Assembly (NCBI GenBank): GCA_014764025.1
Contig: JACXUD010000001.1
Coordinates: 10,643-74,642 of the forward strand
From: Campylobacterota bacterium
GTDB lineage: Bacteria > Campylobacterota > Campylobacteria > Campylobacterales > Sulfurimonadaceae
Direction of reading: 5' to 3'
DNA: 64,000 bases
Shown: positions 54,901 through 63,220 of the stretch, piece after piece
Numbering within the stretch: the first letter of the stretch is position 1
Layout of the letters: every line of letters starts with the position of its first letter
Program-made: the position numbers and the translations under genes
The notes under the pieces: model-generated
What the model saw: the letters and a program-made list of their open reading frames with translations, nothing else
Told to the model about the DNA's origin: nothing
Databases searched by the model: none

Positions 54901-56577
54901 AGAAAGATAGAGGACCTAAACGGTGCAGAAAAAGCAATCCTTAGATTGGAGTCTTATTGCGAGAAATATAGAAATGATTTCAAGATTTCAGAGTTTGAGA
55001 ACACCTACAATACTCTTCTTACGTTAGCGATCAATGGAACGAGAGAGCACTCCAAAGCTCTTCTTGGGATGACCACTGACAAATTCAATAAAATCGTTAA
55101 TGCAGAAAAGAAAACAACCGGAAAAGCATTAATGGACGATTTCAAAAGGCTTATGGAGGAAAACACTCCGATCCCTGAAGAAAAAAGAGAGGTTTTCAAG
55201 TTCCTTCTTACTTCTGTGGACCATATTCTTTCCCAAAAAGACACAATTCAAAAACTACTTCGCTCACTAGAAGAATATGAGGAAACAAACTTTGAGTTCT
55301 ATCCTGGGAAAAAGACAAAAGTAACCACTCAAGAGCTCAAGGGAATTCAGTTTATAATCAAAACGCCGGATGGAGAAGTTGAACTTGGCGGCTCTGCTCC
55401 TAAAGCTGATCCTGACAAGATTGGAAAGATAGAAAAAGATAATTTCAAGTATGCTTCTTCTTGGATCGATGCCTTCGGAGTACACGCTCATAGATATATT
55501 GACAAGAACGATCCGACGAGAGTATCAACTTTTGATTTTGTCTTTAAGAGTGACTTTAAATATCGTCCTTTCCCGGACCTTCCTTTTGTGGAAACGAAAC
55601 TCAATGTTCGTTCCGTGGATGACAGATCTATCTTGGAAGTTGCTGCATCTTCCATTGATTCATCAAAATCTATGCTTAGGGATGTCAATGAAGGTCTAAG
55701 CACTAGGATTATGACCACAAGAACGGCGATCACAAGATTTTCAATTTTGGAAATACTTAACGCACTTATGGAGAGAAGCGATACTTCCAAAAAGCAATAT
55801 TTACTCGTAAACCCTACAAACGATGAGATCGCAGAACTTGTTCAGCTTCTAAACTCCAAGGAGAAGGGTTATGCCTCATTGGTCTCTAGCAAGAACATAG
55901 AGATTTTGGGTGTTGAGCCTTCCATGTTTAATATCATCGCAGGTCCACTCCATGCCAAAGGTGCGGGTATTCACTATGTCGGGAACGTAGATAGCCTTGC
56001 GGAAGGTATCAACATGGAAATTACTGACAAGGCTCATTATAGAGGTGCATTTAAAGACCCTGAAGTTTACACACAAAGTTTGGCAAGAGGTATCGGCTAT
56101 AACAATACCGTTTCCAAGTATAGCCTTTATGCAGACGGAGCCGTTGTTGCTTTGTCGGGGAATAGAACAAGTCTTGATCCTCAAAGAGTAAGAAATACAC
56201 TCAAAGAAGGTGTTGTGATAGACTCAAGAACTTCAACTGTCTCTCCTCAAACCATTGCATTGCCTTTGGGTAGCGAAAAGGTCAAAAAGGCTTATTCTGT
56301 AAAAGTGAACGAGGCTAGAGAGATTGGGTTTGATTCGTATCTGATCTATATGGGTGGTGCGTTCCCAAGTGAGTCAAAAAGGCTTCTTGCATTGCCTGAG
56401 AAAGATCGCTTTGAAGAGATTAGGAAGATGACTTTTGTAACCACTACACATGATGAAATGAACAGATTGAAGGAATTAGGCAAAGCTAAAGCTGTGGGCA
56501 ATTCCCCTCAATCTCCTTCACTTACTCAAAGTGTAGCCTTTGTAAACTCCCCTTCAGTTTCACCGATGTCTCTTTGA
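48919..56577 (+). CDS. giant (about 2550 aa) protein with a split SNF2-family helicase core
   Basis: Motif I LLGVEMRGGKTRSAI (about aa 1113), motif II MIGDEAHKD (about aa 1715), motif III RLTGTPSASGLKK (about aa 1748), motif V SLAEGINME (about aa 2360) and motif VI QSLARGIGY (about aa 2386). The start is uncertain: GTG 48919, or ATG 49000/49006 behind AAGAAGGG. Confidence 0.75.
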   Translation: MFWKKENYEFHTAVYVDTIAYPITKKGMAMAEIATKNKRLSDSALYQNIEQLINNREDAKSWASKALRDNAIGLDLNNIGQQFVDFVQHTNATSLDEVFDHFVKRNWLLPDGSIQLSSFQVAEVLDVTFKEEVLGGNVFTDINFSIKMNDQDKPENIKLTSGFKFDNNTHTLKIYPEEKSDLFDRAKQPFFYTKDLLFTISNSGTRAQIEDIFNQIGKDSFLLLGRLDNSYIPGIVIPDPARSLAKINYDHQDKLIHSGLPTPKIDEASENEHMIIHSFAERLAILNKVGSYVYEKTTGKTSEREEITNKMLSSLFSKNENGHETRDRLKAILFQYTTQEKRDTAFETFRDILIDSSTPAKDIAKAVEDGIMQLPYEVRDSIANISLKTATYLDYSSRDEKTLKKTMSSPKLGSTLLGNIPGEGIVTETLMERMSDFSEEEKTSAILSELKTAAKESYSFIGSAIINGYSRISFSNKRGEINWENSNFTNTVFAKVSDKTELEDTLLEYLHNETPAFPALIDGNYYIVSRRSFVGTNAVGYSITNEDKKAIAKAVDEIVPDDLLGTLYRFASSDLSVTGMRNISNAGITVGKMIGQSEKSVGLQATFSSRFGNTLSRRGRNKKSETKESIDKLSMGELCSSFLSLDRTQKCFPNLLNVDGKDVSAKDIEKNAFLRAYYAYLGERSAAMANIIGVGAGVKIREPFDILDKSKNVLPEEDKKEEMGFNQEGGILDFKHYPKVINLATEEHKKEFFRLAVLATDNTIKDTLGGNHTSVEDALKETLLPKLKEAQYAIMKISRRKNGSIREKAEKFVLVNKDLRAIANTNIPVFAFFKELKNNGFIDKKNTTKEVTFAEKDIHTLFDKTLEVINRDIKSLPDIFDVVKKLRGEVIRNENIERVTQNEAFSPLALANYDEKKLTLFFNSLKKSGLDQIIKDFHLEKLKTPKEIAEEIFDNPKEQAVAIDFLQKKYEGQAYKFSDLKVEDRRIESIQAYFDVVMATDPDIGDNYKVDSEKIKALFETMRGEGSRDIGTLRQAVKLLNTFAFANYVEILKEHKASKGEDLSASDKNVLIKTYLGEVLLLKDSQINDVLGNMALHMKKGIKSSLLGVEMRGGKTRSAIEFANLKNNVYGTSALAFFQGKNFNDILEQGFDSNPLAFLRHSTILGDQKMFVKQSSNMPLAFTEWTPMNIPTKLKRSNLLKNPLMDSNRAPSDHLTREFSQKLSIIEKEAVNISDDDMKNIIAKNKDYISEETAAAIMNGPDTEKGKLLGKVMYFYLGSIVKDGFLDKESENEKVGKEIRSLFGPYWDTYKKELASVKELDGNIVYMGKQYISSHIGSTKNEITIRTKELPPITTGLDVSYAIENKTQLNKADLSSEYASFLDALSLPVKDSKVLLPKFNTFRKPSELKNAYKEFGAIFTDMTNSLYEEIKNDTDHLNSDILADDITAHELARKAKVVTSKIKFSITGADRNLTTDSPYYPIKVDGYAADGIEIDIKRTLETVKDSIGFSPQELKGFDEQTQKEFNNIVEKHLLNHEKIAEALQNASYRAVALELYDPKELKTAVKTRLSPFVNQKNPLKSSTVSFELYFTKNTNMFAPMSPKNIGDPKLWIQLKAPEATYSNFVASSIVLKGSIPSPEDPSNIENKTLYPKHATIDFTTGQKIFVHSLVEDHNAPDSEYKTLSKRFTSNATSGILWSLDRGEERKSHPATMIGDEAHKDVQGNKGEEYQGLVNAIEENEEKPFNKRLTGTPSASGLKKQGELYRKLDPNLGDKVGSELFANCGNIDFKGVILSFIDEEGFKYSNILEEPLKDGVMRAVARISEKGAAANLYDIKEELTDKILNNDEINNALNNYKRSKGVYTSRYEDVQEIEDAIREASRIMLRNIQKEVAVEVEEYLNSPNGKARAALYDDIASFRQTLKEEGLRDKVRGMDLSLHEFVELTVSPGSSLIKPSHGFSNPVGMSYVLDQIHAILVIRRNEHATYINTDAHPTFRKIEDLNGAEKAILRLESYCEKYRNDFKISEFENTYNTLLTLAINGTREHSKALLGMTTDKFNKIVNAEKKTTGKALMDDFKRLMEENTPIPEEKREVFKFLLTSVDHILSQKDTIQKLLRSLEEYEETNFEFYPGKKTKVTTQELKGIQFIIKTPDGEVELGGSAPKADPDKIGKIEKDNFKYASSWIDAFGVHAHRYIDKNDPTRVSTFDFVFKSDFKYRPFPDLPFVETKLNVRSVDDRSILEVAASSIDSSKSMLRDVNEGLSTRIMTTRTAITRFSILEILNALMERSDTSKKQYLLVNPTNDEIAELVQLLNSKEKGYASLVSSKNIEILGVEPSMFNIIAGPLHAKGAGIHYVGNVDSLAEGINMEITDKAHYRGAFKDPEVYTQSLARGIGYNNTVSKYSLYADGAVVALSGNRTSLDPQRVRNTLKEGVVIDSRTSTVSPQTIALPLGSEKVKKAYSVKVNEAREIGFDSYLIYMGGAFPSESKRLLALPEKDRFEEIRKMTFVTTTHDEMNRLKELGKAKAVGNSPQSPSLTQSVAFVNSPSVSPMSL

Positions 56578-56633
56578 GACCTTTCGGTGCAACTTTTTTC
56601 TTTGTATAATAAAACCAAAAAGGCTTTTCCTAG

Positions 56634-58004
56634 ATGATCTATTTTTATACCGAAGATGAATATTACTATTCCAAAAAAGGAATGGAAGATCTCTTGAGCA
56701 ACGAGAAGTATAGTAGTATAGAGAAGATTTTAGCCCTTCCCTCTGAAGAGAACATTAAGAATATTTCATCTTCGGACTTTGACAGAACGGCTCTTCTTGC
56801 TCCTTATCTACCCGGCACGATCTCCCAAAAGTTTGAAAGCACACAATTCTTTGAAATAATAAGACTCCCAAATAGGCACGGAATTCTAACTACTGGACAA
56901 GAAAAACTCAAAATGCTTCCCCATGAGGTGCTTGAGTCGAAACTTGGAGTAAGGATGGAGCTCTCACGTATAACCATGAAGGATTACGGGGGTGCTGAAG
57001 AACTACATGAGCAGGTTGCGATCATCAAGCAAAAAATAAAACACCGTATTCCCACTAAAGGTTTTCTATTAACCGGAATTCCTGGCACTGGGAAGAGCTT
57101 TTTTGCAAAAGCCCTAGCCGGAGAGTTGGGTTTTGTCCTAGTTTCGGTAAATCTTAGTGTATTTGAGGAAAGGGAAGATACAGTTTCAGCGATCAATTCA
57201 TTCTTTGACTTCTTTGAGAGCACACCAGGAAACTATATCCTTTGGATAGACGAGATCGAGAAGATGATGACCGGAAAGAAATCTCAACAGATTATGGGTG
57301 CTTTGCTCACAAAGATCAATGACTCCAAAAACCTCACAAGCGTTTCAAACTTCTTCATTATCGCAACTGCCAATAATGTCAAAAAAATAGAGAATACTAA
57401 CCCTGAGTTTTTTAGGAACGGAAGATTTGACCTTATTATCTTCTTACTGAATCCTTCTGAGGTAAATGCGAAAAACATCTTCAGGCTGTATATCAAAAAG
57501 CATGAGAAAAACCTCATTGAGGAATTCTTGCCCAATGCCATATTTGCCTATGCACATGAAAAAGAGGGAGAGAGGCTTCCTTCACGCTCTTCGGTAATGT
57601 CTCAAAAGTTCTTTGGCATGGAAAAAGAGCATGGCTTTAGCATAGAGAAGGTTTCTGCCTTGTCTTATGCGGATTATAGAGAGGAAATAAAGAAGAGTAA
57701 GGGTTTTGCTATGGCGGTCATGTCAATCGCCAAGGAATTCCCGTTTAAATTCAATTATGAGGCATTTGTAAGAACTTCAATGATGCAATATAGACAAGAT
57801 ATTCAGCAAAAAGACCGTTTTGCCTATACACCTTCTGAAATTGAGCATATTCTCAATGTCTCATTTAATAGTTACTACTTACTTAATAAAAACAAAGAGA
57901 TCGATTACACGGAATTATGCCAAAAATTCCGACCTCTCCAAACTACTATTAAAGATGGTGTCCAAGATATTCTATCGACCTCATCTAATTTCATTCAGAT
58001 ATAG
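56634..58004 (+). CDS. classical AAA ATPase
   Basis: Walker A LTGIPGTGKSFFAKALAGE, Walker B ILWIDEIEKM, sensor-1 IIATANN and Arg-finger region FFRNGRFD. Confidence 0.85.
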   Translation: MIYFYTEDEYYYSKKGMEDLLSNEKYSSIEKILALPSEENIKNISSSDFDRTALLAPYLPGTISQKFESTQFFEIIRLPNRHGILTTGQEKLKMLPHEVLESKLGVRMELSRITMKDYGGAEELHEQVAIIKQKIKHRIPTKGFLLTGIPGTGKSFFAKALAGELGFVLVSVNLSVFEEREDTVSAINSFFDFFESTPGNYILWIDEIEKMMTGKKSQQIMGALLTKINDSKNLTSVSNFFIIATANNVKKIENTNPEFFRNGRFDLIIFLLNPSEVNAKNIFRLYIKKHEKNLIEEFLPNAIFAYAHEKEGERLPSRSSVMSQKFFGMEKEHGFSIEKVSALSYADYREEIKKSKGFAMAVMSIAKEFPFKFNYEAFVRTSMMQYRQDIQQKDRFAYTPSEIEHILNVSFNSYYLLNKNKEIDYTELCQKFRPLQTTIKDGVQDILSTSSNFIQI

Positions 58005-58011
58005 GAATTCA

Positions 58012-58623
58012 ATGAAAACAAAAAGCTTTTTTGCTTGTCTTATCTTTGCCTCTGCTTTATCTTTCGCTTCAGGCACAACCAAAGAGATATTAGTGGATCT
58101 TTCCGAGCAGATGGCATACCTAAAGGAAAACGGGTCTATTGTGGATAAAGGGAGGATATCTTCAGGAAGAAGAACACACCCTACTCCAACGGGAACTTTT
58201 GAGATCACCGAGAAAAAAAGGCATCATATTTCCAACTTGTACCCTGAGCCTTACGGTGGTGCGAAAATGCCTTATATGATGAGGTTAAGCCACGGTAAAG
58301 TTGCTCTTCATGCAGGTCATGTCGCTCCGTTCCCCGTTTCACATGGCTGCATTAGGCTCCGTCCAAAATTCGCAGCCAAAGTGTTTAATTGGGTGGATAT
58401 CGGCACATCAGTTAAGATAGTAGGAAATACTTTAAACTACAGAAGCAAAGTAACGCCTCCCCAAGTTTTACCTACACAAAAAAGCCACTCAAGGTCTGTG
58501 CCTAAAAAAGTAAGAGAAAAAGTTTCACCAAAGAGACAGAAGAGTAATTATAAAGAAGAGCATGATGATTACGATATTTATGAGTATTATAGGGCAGATA
58601 CTGGGACGTATGCTCACTACTAG
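58012..58623 (+). CDS. exported L,D-transpeptidase (YkuD domain)
   Basis: Start taken at MKTKSFFACLIFASALSFASG (signal peptide), in frame within track ORF 57820-58623. HPTPTGTF...ALHAGHVAPFPVSHGCIRL carries the catalytic H-x(n)-HGC. The tail is basic and Pro-rich. Confidence 0.85.
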   Translation: MKTKSFFACLIFASALSFASGTTKEILVDLSEQMAYLKENGSIVDKGRISSGRRTHPTPTGTFEITEKKRHHISNLYPEPYGGAKMPYMMRLSHGKVALHAGHVAPFPVSHGCIRLRPKFAAKVFNWVDIGTSVKIVGNTLNYRSKVTPPQVLPTQKSHSRSVPKKVREKVSPKRQKSNYKEEHDDYDIYEYYRADTGTYAHY

Positions 58624-58644
58624 AAAACCTAGTAGTGAGGTTTT
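58624..58644. terminator. bidirectional hairpin exactly filling the gap between convergent stop codons
   Basis: AAAACCT-agtagtg-AGGTTTT lies between TAG 58621-58623 and the minus-strand stop at 58645-58647. Confidence 0.5.
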
Positions 58645-58977
58645 TTATGAAGTGGCTTTAATATCTCCCAAGTGACGTATAACTGTTTCTCCCGCTATCT
58701 TGAGATACATATATGATATTCCCAAGTTTTTCTCCTGGTCCTCACTGATATTAATATCCCTTGCGATGATCAAAGAGTTTCTTAGTATTACAAGTTTACT
58801 CTTTGCGGAGTTCACATAGTCATCAAGTATCTTTATAAGCTTCTGATCCAAAGGAGTTTTTACCTTTTCTGCCTCATAAATGGATACTGAAGCATCAAAG
58901 TCCTGAATGATCGACTCCATCATTGAATCCATGTCCATTACTGAATACGGGCAAATAATCTTTTTTTCGTGCATCAT
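58645..58977 (-). CDS. hypothetical helical protein (110 aa)
   Basis: Track ORF. No motif recognised. Confidence 0.45.
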   Translation of the reverse strand: MMHEKKIICPYSVMDMDSMMESIIQDFDASVSIYEAEKVKTPLDQKLIKILDDYVNSAKSKLVILRNSLIIARDINISEDQEKNLGISYMYLKIAGETVIRHLGDIKATS

Positions 58978-58983
58978 GTCTCC

Positions 58984-59634
58984 TTATCTGCTCATCTTAA
59001 AGCTGCTGCTGTTATCTAAAAGAGTTTCTTTTTGCAAGATAGGCTCTTCTTCTCTCTTTTCGCTATATGTGCCCTTCACTATCAACTGAAGTTCTTCTTT
59101 TTGAATGTTTCTCATTTGTTCAAGAACAGAAATCGAGAAGCATACTGCACCTTCTTCTTTTATATAAGGTAATTTTTCAGCCATATACTCTCTCTCTTGC
59201 TTTGAATATGTAGATAGATTGTATTCTACGTTTACCAACATGGTATGAATGCCACTTACGATACCCCCTACCTTTTTGGCATACATCTTCTCTACCTCAT
59301 CGCCGGAAGCTTCTGCATCATCTTTCATTTTGTTTACTGCCACTGAAAGCTCTAGCATATTTCCATCAATGAGTGCGTTTCTGACATTGATAGCGTTCTC
59401 TTTGGTTTCTCCTTCCATAATAGACAGTAGAGTATAGAGGTTTACGTTTGCCCTCTCAAGTGTATCTGAAAGGGAAAGGAATTTTTTCTCAGTCGCTATA
59501 ATTCTTCCCGTTTTAATCTCACCAAATTCACTACTTAGATTGTTTAAAATCTCATCTATGGCTCTCAGGTCGTTTGTCGATTGGTAAAGGCTCTGAAAAA
59601 CCTCATCCCTTGGTTTCTTTTCTAATTGCATCAT
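58984..59634 (-). CDS. hypothetical helical protein (216 aa)
   Basis: Track ORF. No motif recognised. Confidence 0.5.
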   Translation of the reverse strand: MMQLEKKPRDEVFQSLYQSTNDLRAIDEILNNLSSEFGEIKTGRIIATEKKFLSLSDTLERANVNLYTLLSIMEGETKENAINVRNALIDGNMLELSVAVNKMKDDAEASGDEVEKMYAKKVGGIVSGIHTMLVNVEYNLSTYSKQEREYMAEKLPYIKEEGAVCFSISVLEQMRNIQKEELQLIVKGTYSEKREEEPILQKETLLDNSSSFKMSR

Positions 59635-59724
59635 AATTCCTTGTCAATTTGATTTGCGTTCTATCTTTATTATACTTGAGATTTTTGTCTTAGGAAAGGC
59701 AGTTTCCCACCTTTTCCCAAACTA

Positions 59725-60738
59725 TTAGTAAAATCTGATCAGATATTTTCGTGATCCGTCAGGAAGATAGAAATTGTAAAACCTCTTGTCTGTAGTTATT
59801 TTCCGGTGATATCCGTTTGCATAGACGTTGTATTCTCTTTTTCCTCCTGGTATCCAGTCGATCAATTCAACTGTTATCGGAGATCCCATATAGTGACTAT
59901 CCGAAATCTCAAACCAATTTCTCCCATCATATATTCCGTAAACGGCATTTTTATACTTGTTGAGGTTGGAAAGTTGATTCATTGCAGTAACCCAATTACT
60001 GAAATTATCCCGTATCGCCAACTGGTTTGCCCTATTGGAAACATACCCTATCCCCGCAGCATCCATGAAGTTCATCATATACTGTCTTTTATATGGAGTA
60101 AGGGTTATAAATACTGGTTGGGTCTGCACATAGAATATGTTTGTCTTTGGATCAAGATTAAAATAGAGATCCTTCCCTTCTTGTGCCCTAATTGCTCCAT
60201 AGAACTTATCAAAGAAATAAGACATTCTCATTCGCTCAGATGATGAGAAATCTATGCTGTTCATCATTTTTCTTGCGGAAGGATCGGTCTGTACGATATA
60301 CTTTCCACTCATCACATCACCATATAACACTTTTGCGGTTGTGTAGTGTTTGGATAGTTCACTATAACGTGAAGGGGTGTTGTTTCGGATATTGACTTCC
60401 TTCTCGAAGCTCCTACCATATAGCCCACTACCACCAACCTCGATCAGAGGATTGTTTCTTGCCTTAACTATCGCATCGTCCCACTTATGAGGAACATCAT
60501 ACCCCACAAAAGCATCATCGCTATCCGGCGAAAAGTAGGTTTTAAACCTCTCATTGAGCCCTAATCTCATTAGGGTCTGCTGTAAAGAGTGTGTATGTAG
60601 GTGTTTTTCACCCATATCCATAGGGCTCATTCCCACGATTGGCTCTACTGCTATATCGGGCTCGTTCTGTATCGAGGAACATCCCGCAAACATAAGCGAT
60701 ACCCCTACGGCAAAAAGAAGCGACTTAGTTTTCTTCAT
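59725..60738 (-). CDS. lipoprotein (337 aa)
   Basis: MKKTKSLLFAVGVSLMFAGCSS is a signal peptide plus lipobox. Confidence 0.6.
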   Translation of the reverse strand: MKKTKSLLFAVGVSLMFAGCSSIQNEPDIAVEPIVGMSPMDMGEKHLHTHSLQQTLMRLGLNERFKTYFSPDSDDAFVGYDVPHKWDDAIVKARNNPLIEVGGSGLYGRSFEKEVNIRNNTPSRYSELSKHYTTAKVLYGDVMSGKYIVQTDPSARKMMNSIDFSSSERMRMSYFFDKFYGAIRAQEGKDLYFNLDPKTNIFYVQTQPVFITLTPYKRQYMMNFMDAAGIGYVSNRANQLAIRDNFSNWVTAMNQLSNLNKYKNAVYGIYDGRNWFEISDSHYMGSPITVELIDWIPGGKREYNVYANGYHRKITTDKRFYNFYLPDGSRKYLIRFY

Positions 60739-61687
60739 TGTTTTCTCCTATAATTTTTTTCAACTTGTTCAGATAGCTCTTAACTGAATCCTGGTTACGC
60801 TTACTCAGTTTTTTGTATTTCTTTGCCACAAGTGCTGCAACCGATTTAAGTTCATCCTCCGTTGTTGCTTGATCCTTAGATAACTTCTCTAGGTATTCTT
60901 GTGTTCTCTTCAACGAGTAATCTTTTGTGAGTTCTTCCTCCTTGATAGCTGCTATGATCTCTTTACCATCTTCTTTGGAGAGTGCAAAAACCTTTTGAAG
61001 TAAATGAGGTGTCTTTTCGTGCAATCTCCCTTCCATATACAACTGAAGGATAGAGGGCTCATACTCAAATATTTTCGTTTTCTCAAAGAACACTCTTGGT
61101 CTATGTTTAATATGCTCAAAAAAAGACATGAAGCTGTCGATAACATTCTCGCATCCACAAAGCTTTATGATTTCTTTTTCTAGCTTGTTCTTGTTGGCTT
61201 CCGATATAGAGCGATCCATAGAGACAAAAAGCTTCAGCAACCTAATGCCCATATTGAAGTTTTGCTCCTTTTTCCCTTCAACTCCACAACCCAAGAAGAA
61301 AGGCACTAAAGATACTCTTCTTTTTAAATTCTCTTCGGCAGATGGGTTTTCTCTGTAAAGATTTTCATGTTCAGTAATTGTACTTTTAGTGATAACATCT
61401 TCACAAAAATCCGATATAACAGATGGGATAGATTTAAAAAGCTCTTTGTCTTCCGAAATCAACACTAGCCTCTTGTACACTAGATATCTTCTATATCCCG
61501 CAACCAACTCATATTTGTTATCGTCTTTTTTGCACAATACGATTGGCTGAAAGACTCCTTTAGTTTTCTCAATCGAAGTCAGTAGTTCCATAAAGGACTG
61601 TGTTTCTACAATAAACTCTTCGGGTTTTCTGTTGTGATAATTGTTCTGTATATGAATTTGATCCAATGGAATTTTCTCAACTATCAT
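60725..61687 (-). CDS. ParB/Srx-fold (ParB N-terminal domain) protein
   Basis: IPLDQIHIQNNYHNRKP...LLTSIEKTKGVFQPIVLCKKDDNKYELVAGYRRYLVYK matches the ParB-box pattern, including the GxRR arginine patch. Confidence 0.75.
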   Translation of the reverse strand: MIVEKIPLDQIHIQNNYHNRKPEEFIVETQSFMELLTSIEKTKGVFQPIVLCKKDDNKYELVAGYRRYLVYKRLVLISEDKELFKSIPSVISDFCEDVITKSTITEHENLYRENPSAEENLKRRVSLVPFFLGCGVEGKKEQNFNMGIRLLKLFVSMDRSISEANKNKLEKEIIKLCGCENVIDSFMSFFEHIKHRPRVFFEKTKIFEYEPSILQLYMEGRLHEKTPHLLQKVFALSKEDGKEIIAAIKEEELTKDYSLKRTQEYLEKLSKDQATTEDELKSVAALVAKKYKKLSKRNQDSVKSYLNKLKKIIGENNEEN

Positions 61688-62402
61688 GCTGTCCCTCCAA
61701 AACTCGATTAAGGTTTCCTTCTTGCTCGCTCTCTTCTACCATCCTTCCAAAAGCTACGATGCTGTCGCTTTCATCTTCATCTTCATCTTCATCTTCATCC
61801 TCTTCTTCATGCTTATTATCTCCAAAGAGGTCAATAATGCTCTCAGTGTTGTGTGAAGAAGATTCCACTCCTACCCCACTGCTTTCCTCGTTAAGATAAA
61901 TCTCTCCTACTTGTCTCGGCTCTTCTTCAGTCTCACTGCTTTGCTGTGAAGCTCCTATGATCACAAGGCTTTGAGTCTCACTTTCTTCCGTTTCGTAAAC
62001 TGTGCTCTCTTGTGTATCGGATTCGACTACCACCTCTTCAGTTTGTGTTATTGTGGTGGTTTTAATGGGTATTTGAGTCTCTTTCCAAAGGCCCTTCTTT
62101 TCTTTTATAATTTCTTCCAGTCCACTCTTGAGTTCGCTTTTTGCTTGCGGCGTATTGTATTTATATTGTGTCCCCACAATGTATTTCATGTGTGGATTAA
62201 TCGTCTGTACGCTTTCCAGTTCTTTAACTTCAGTGAATTTTATAAAACTCGATATAGAGTCATCGAGTCTCGAAAGGATCTCTTTTTGTTCTTGCTCAGA
62301 CAATGCGGAAAGGAAAATAGTAAGTCCTCCCAGGATCGCTTCCGAAACACTATTGTGCCCACTGGATGACGAGGGGAGGAATTCAACAAGCTTCTCTAAC
62401 AA
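61677..62402 (-). CDS. strongly acidic protein (241 aa) with an (E/D) repeat
   Basis: ...HEEEDEDEDEDEDESDS... and many E/S/T-rich stretches. Confidence 0.5.
   Translation of the reverse strand: MLEKLVEFLPSSSSGHNSVSEAILGGLTIFLSALSEQEQKEILSRLDDSISSFIKFTEVKELESVQTINPHMKYIVGTQYKYNTPQAKSELKSGLEEIIKEKKGLWKETQIPIKTTTITQTEEVVVESDTQESTVYETEESETQSLVIIGASQQSSETEEEPRQVGEIYLNEESSGVGVESSSHNTESIIDLFGDNKHEEEDEDEDEDEDESDSIVAFGRMVEESEQEGNLNRVLEGQHDS
61771..61810. repeat. TCATCT-type hexanucleotide microsatellite encoding the (ED)n run
   Basis: The sequence is tcatcttcatcttcatcttcatcttcatcctcttcttcat. Confidence 0.7.
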
Positions 62403-62414
62403 AAGTTCGCCTTA

Positions 62415-62738
62415 TTATGCTGTAATTCTTGGTATGTCGGCATCTTGAATAGTGATAATAGTATGAATGAGTGTATCCATTATCACTTCATCGTTTTTCA
62501 AAATTCCCGACATGATGTTCTTGAGATTGCTCTTAGTGCTTTTATGGCCCTTGCTGCATACCACACCAATCTCTTCAAGAACACTCTTCCTATCTTGAAT
62601 AAAATTAAGATGTTGATTTTTGTCGGTGTCAATATAAGGAGATACGGCTTGCAGCATAGTTGCGATCTTTCGAGAGTTCTCGAAATAAGTGTCTGCGAGT
62701 GCGTTGTGAGTAGTATTTTTATTTGTTTCTAGGGTCAT
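62415..62738 (-). CDS. hypothetical protein (107 aa)
   Basis: Track ORF. No motif recognised. Confidence 0.45.
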   Translation of the reverse strand: MTLETNKNTTHNALADTYFENSRKIATMLQAVSPYIDTDKNQHLNFIQDRKSVLEEIGVVCSKGHKSTKSNLKNIMSGILKNDEVIMDTLIHTIITIQDADIPRITA

Positions 62739-62818
62739 AAAATAGTCCGTTATATGTAATAGATATACATATTCTACAGATATTTTATGCCTAAAAAAAG
62801 AGTACGACTATATTATTT

Positions 62819-63172
62819 TTAATTTTTTTCTTTAACTAAAAGTCCACTTTTTTGAGAAAGACTAAGAAAAGAATTGTAGCCCTCAGCGATTGCCTCCATA
62901 CCGGCTTCAGTATAGAAAGAATCGTCTTTGTCTGCTTGTGCATCAATCACAAATGTAATTGCGATTTGCTTTTGCTTCCAAAACGGATCTCTTTCCTCTT
63001 TAGGGATTGAATTAACCTTTTCTCCTTCTAGGATCAACTCATCTTTGGTGAGGTGCTTCAGCTCATTAAAAAATGATTCAATCTTATCAAAGTGTGGGTA
63101 TGCAGCAAACATACTTCTGTCTGCATCCAGGATCGCTAGTCCATTCCCGCCTTTATTTTTTGCTTCTTCCAT
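62819..63172 (-). CDS. hypothetical protein (117 aa)
   Basis: Track ORF. No motif recognised. Confidence 0.45.
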   Translation of the reverse strand: MEEAKNKGGNGLAILDADRSMFAAYPHFDKIESFFNELKHLTKDELILEGEKVNSIPKEERDPFWKQKQIAITFVIDAQADKDDSFYTEAGMEAIAEGYNSFLSLSQKSGLLVKEKN

Positions 63173-63220
63173 GACTTTTCCTTTATAAATTAAAATAAAT
63201 TAATTAGTAGAATTAATGAA

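Noticed and set aside
55440-55520. The H-A-H in ...IDAFGVHAHRYIDKN... of the giant protein as a possible HUH relaxase motif.
   Set aside because: It is an isolated tripeptide between helicase motifs III and V, with no upstream catalytic Tyr motif and no HxDxD context. Most likely coincidence.
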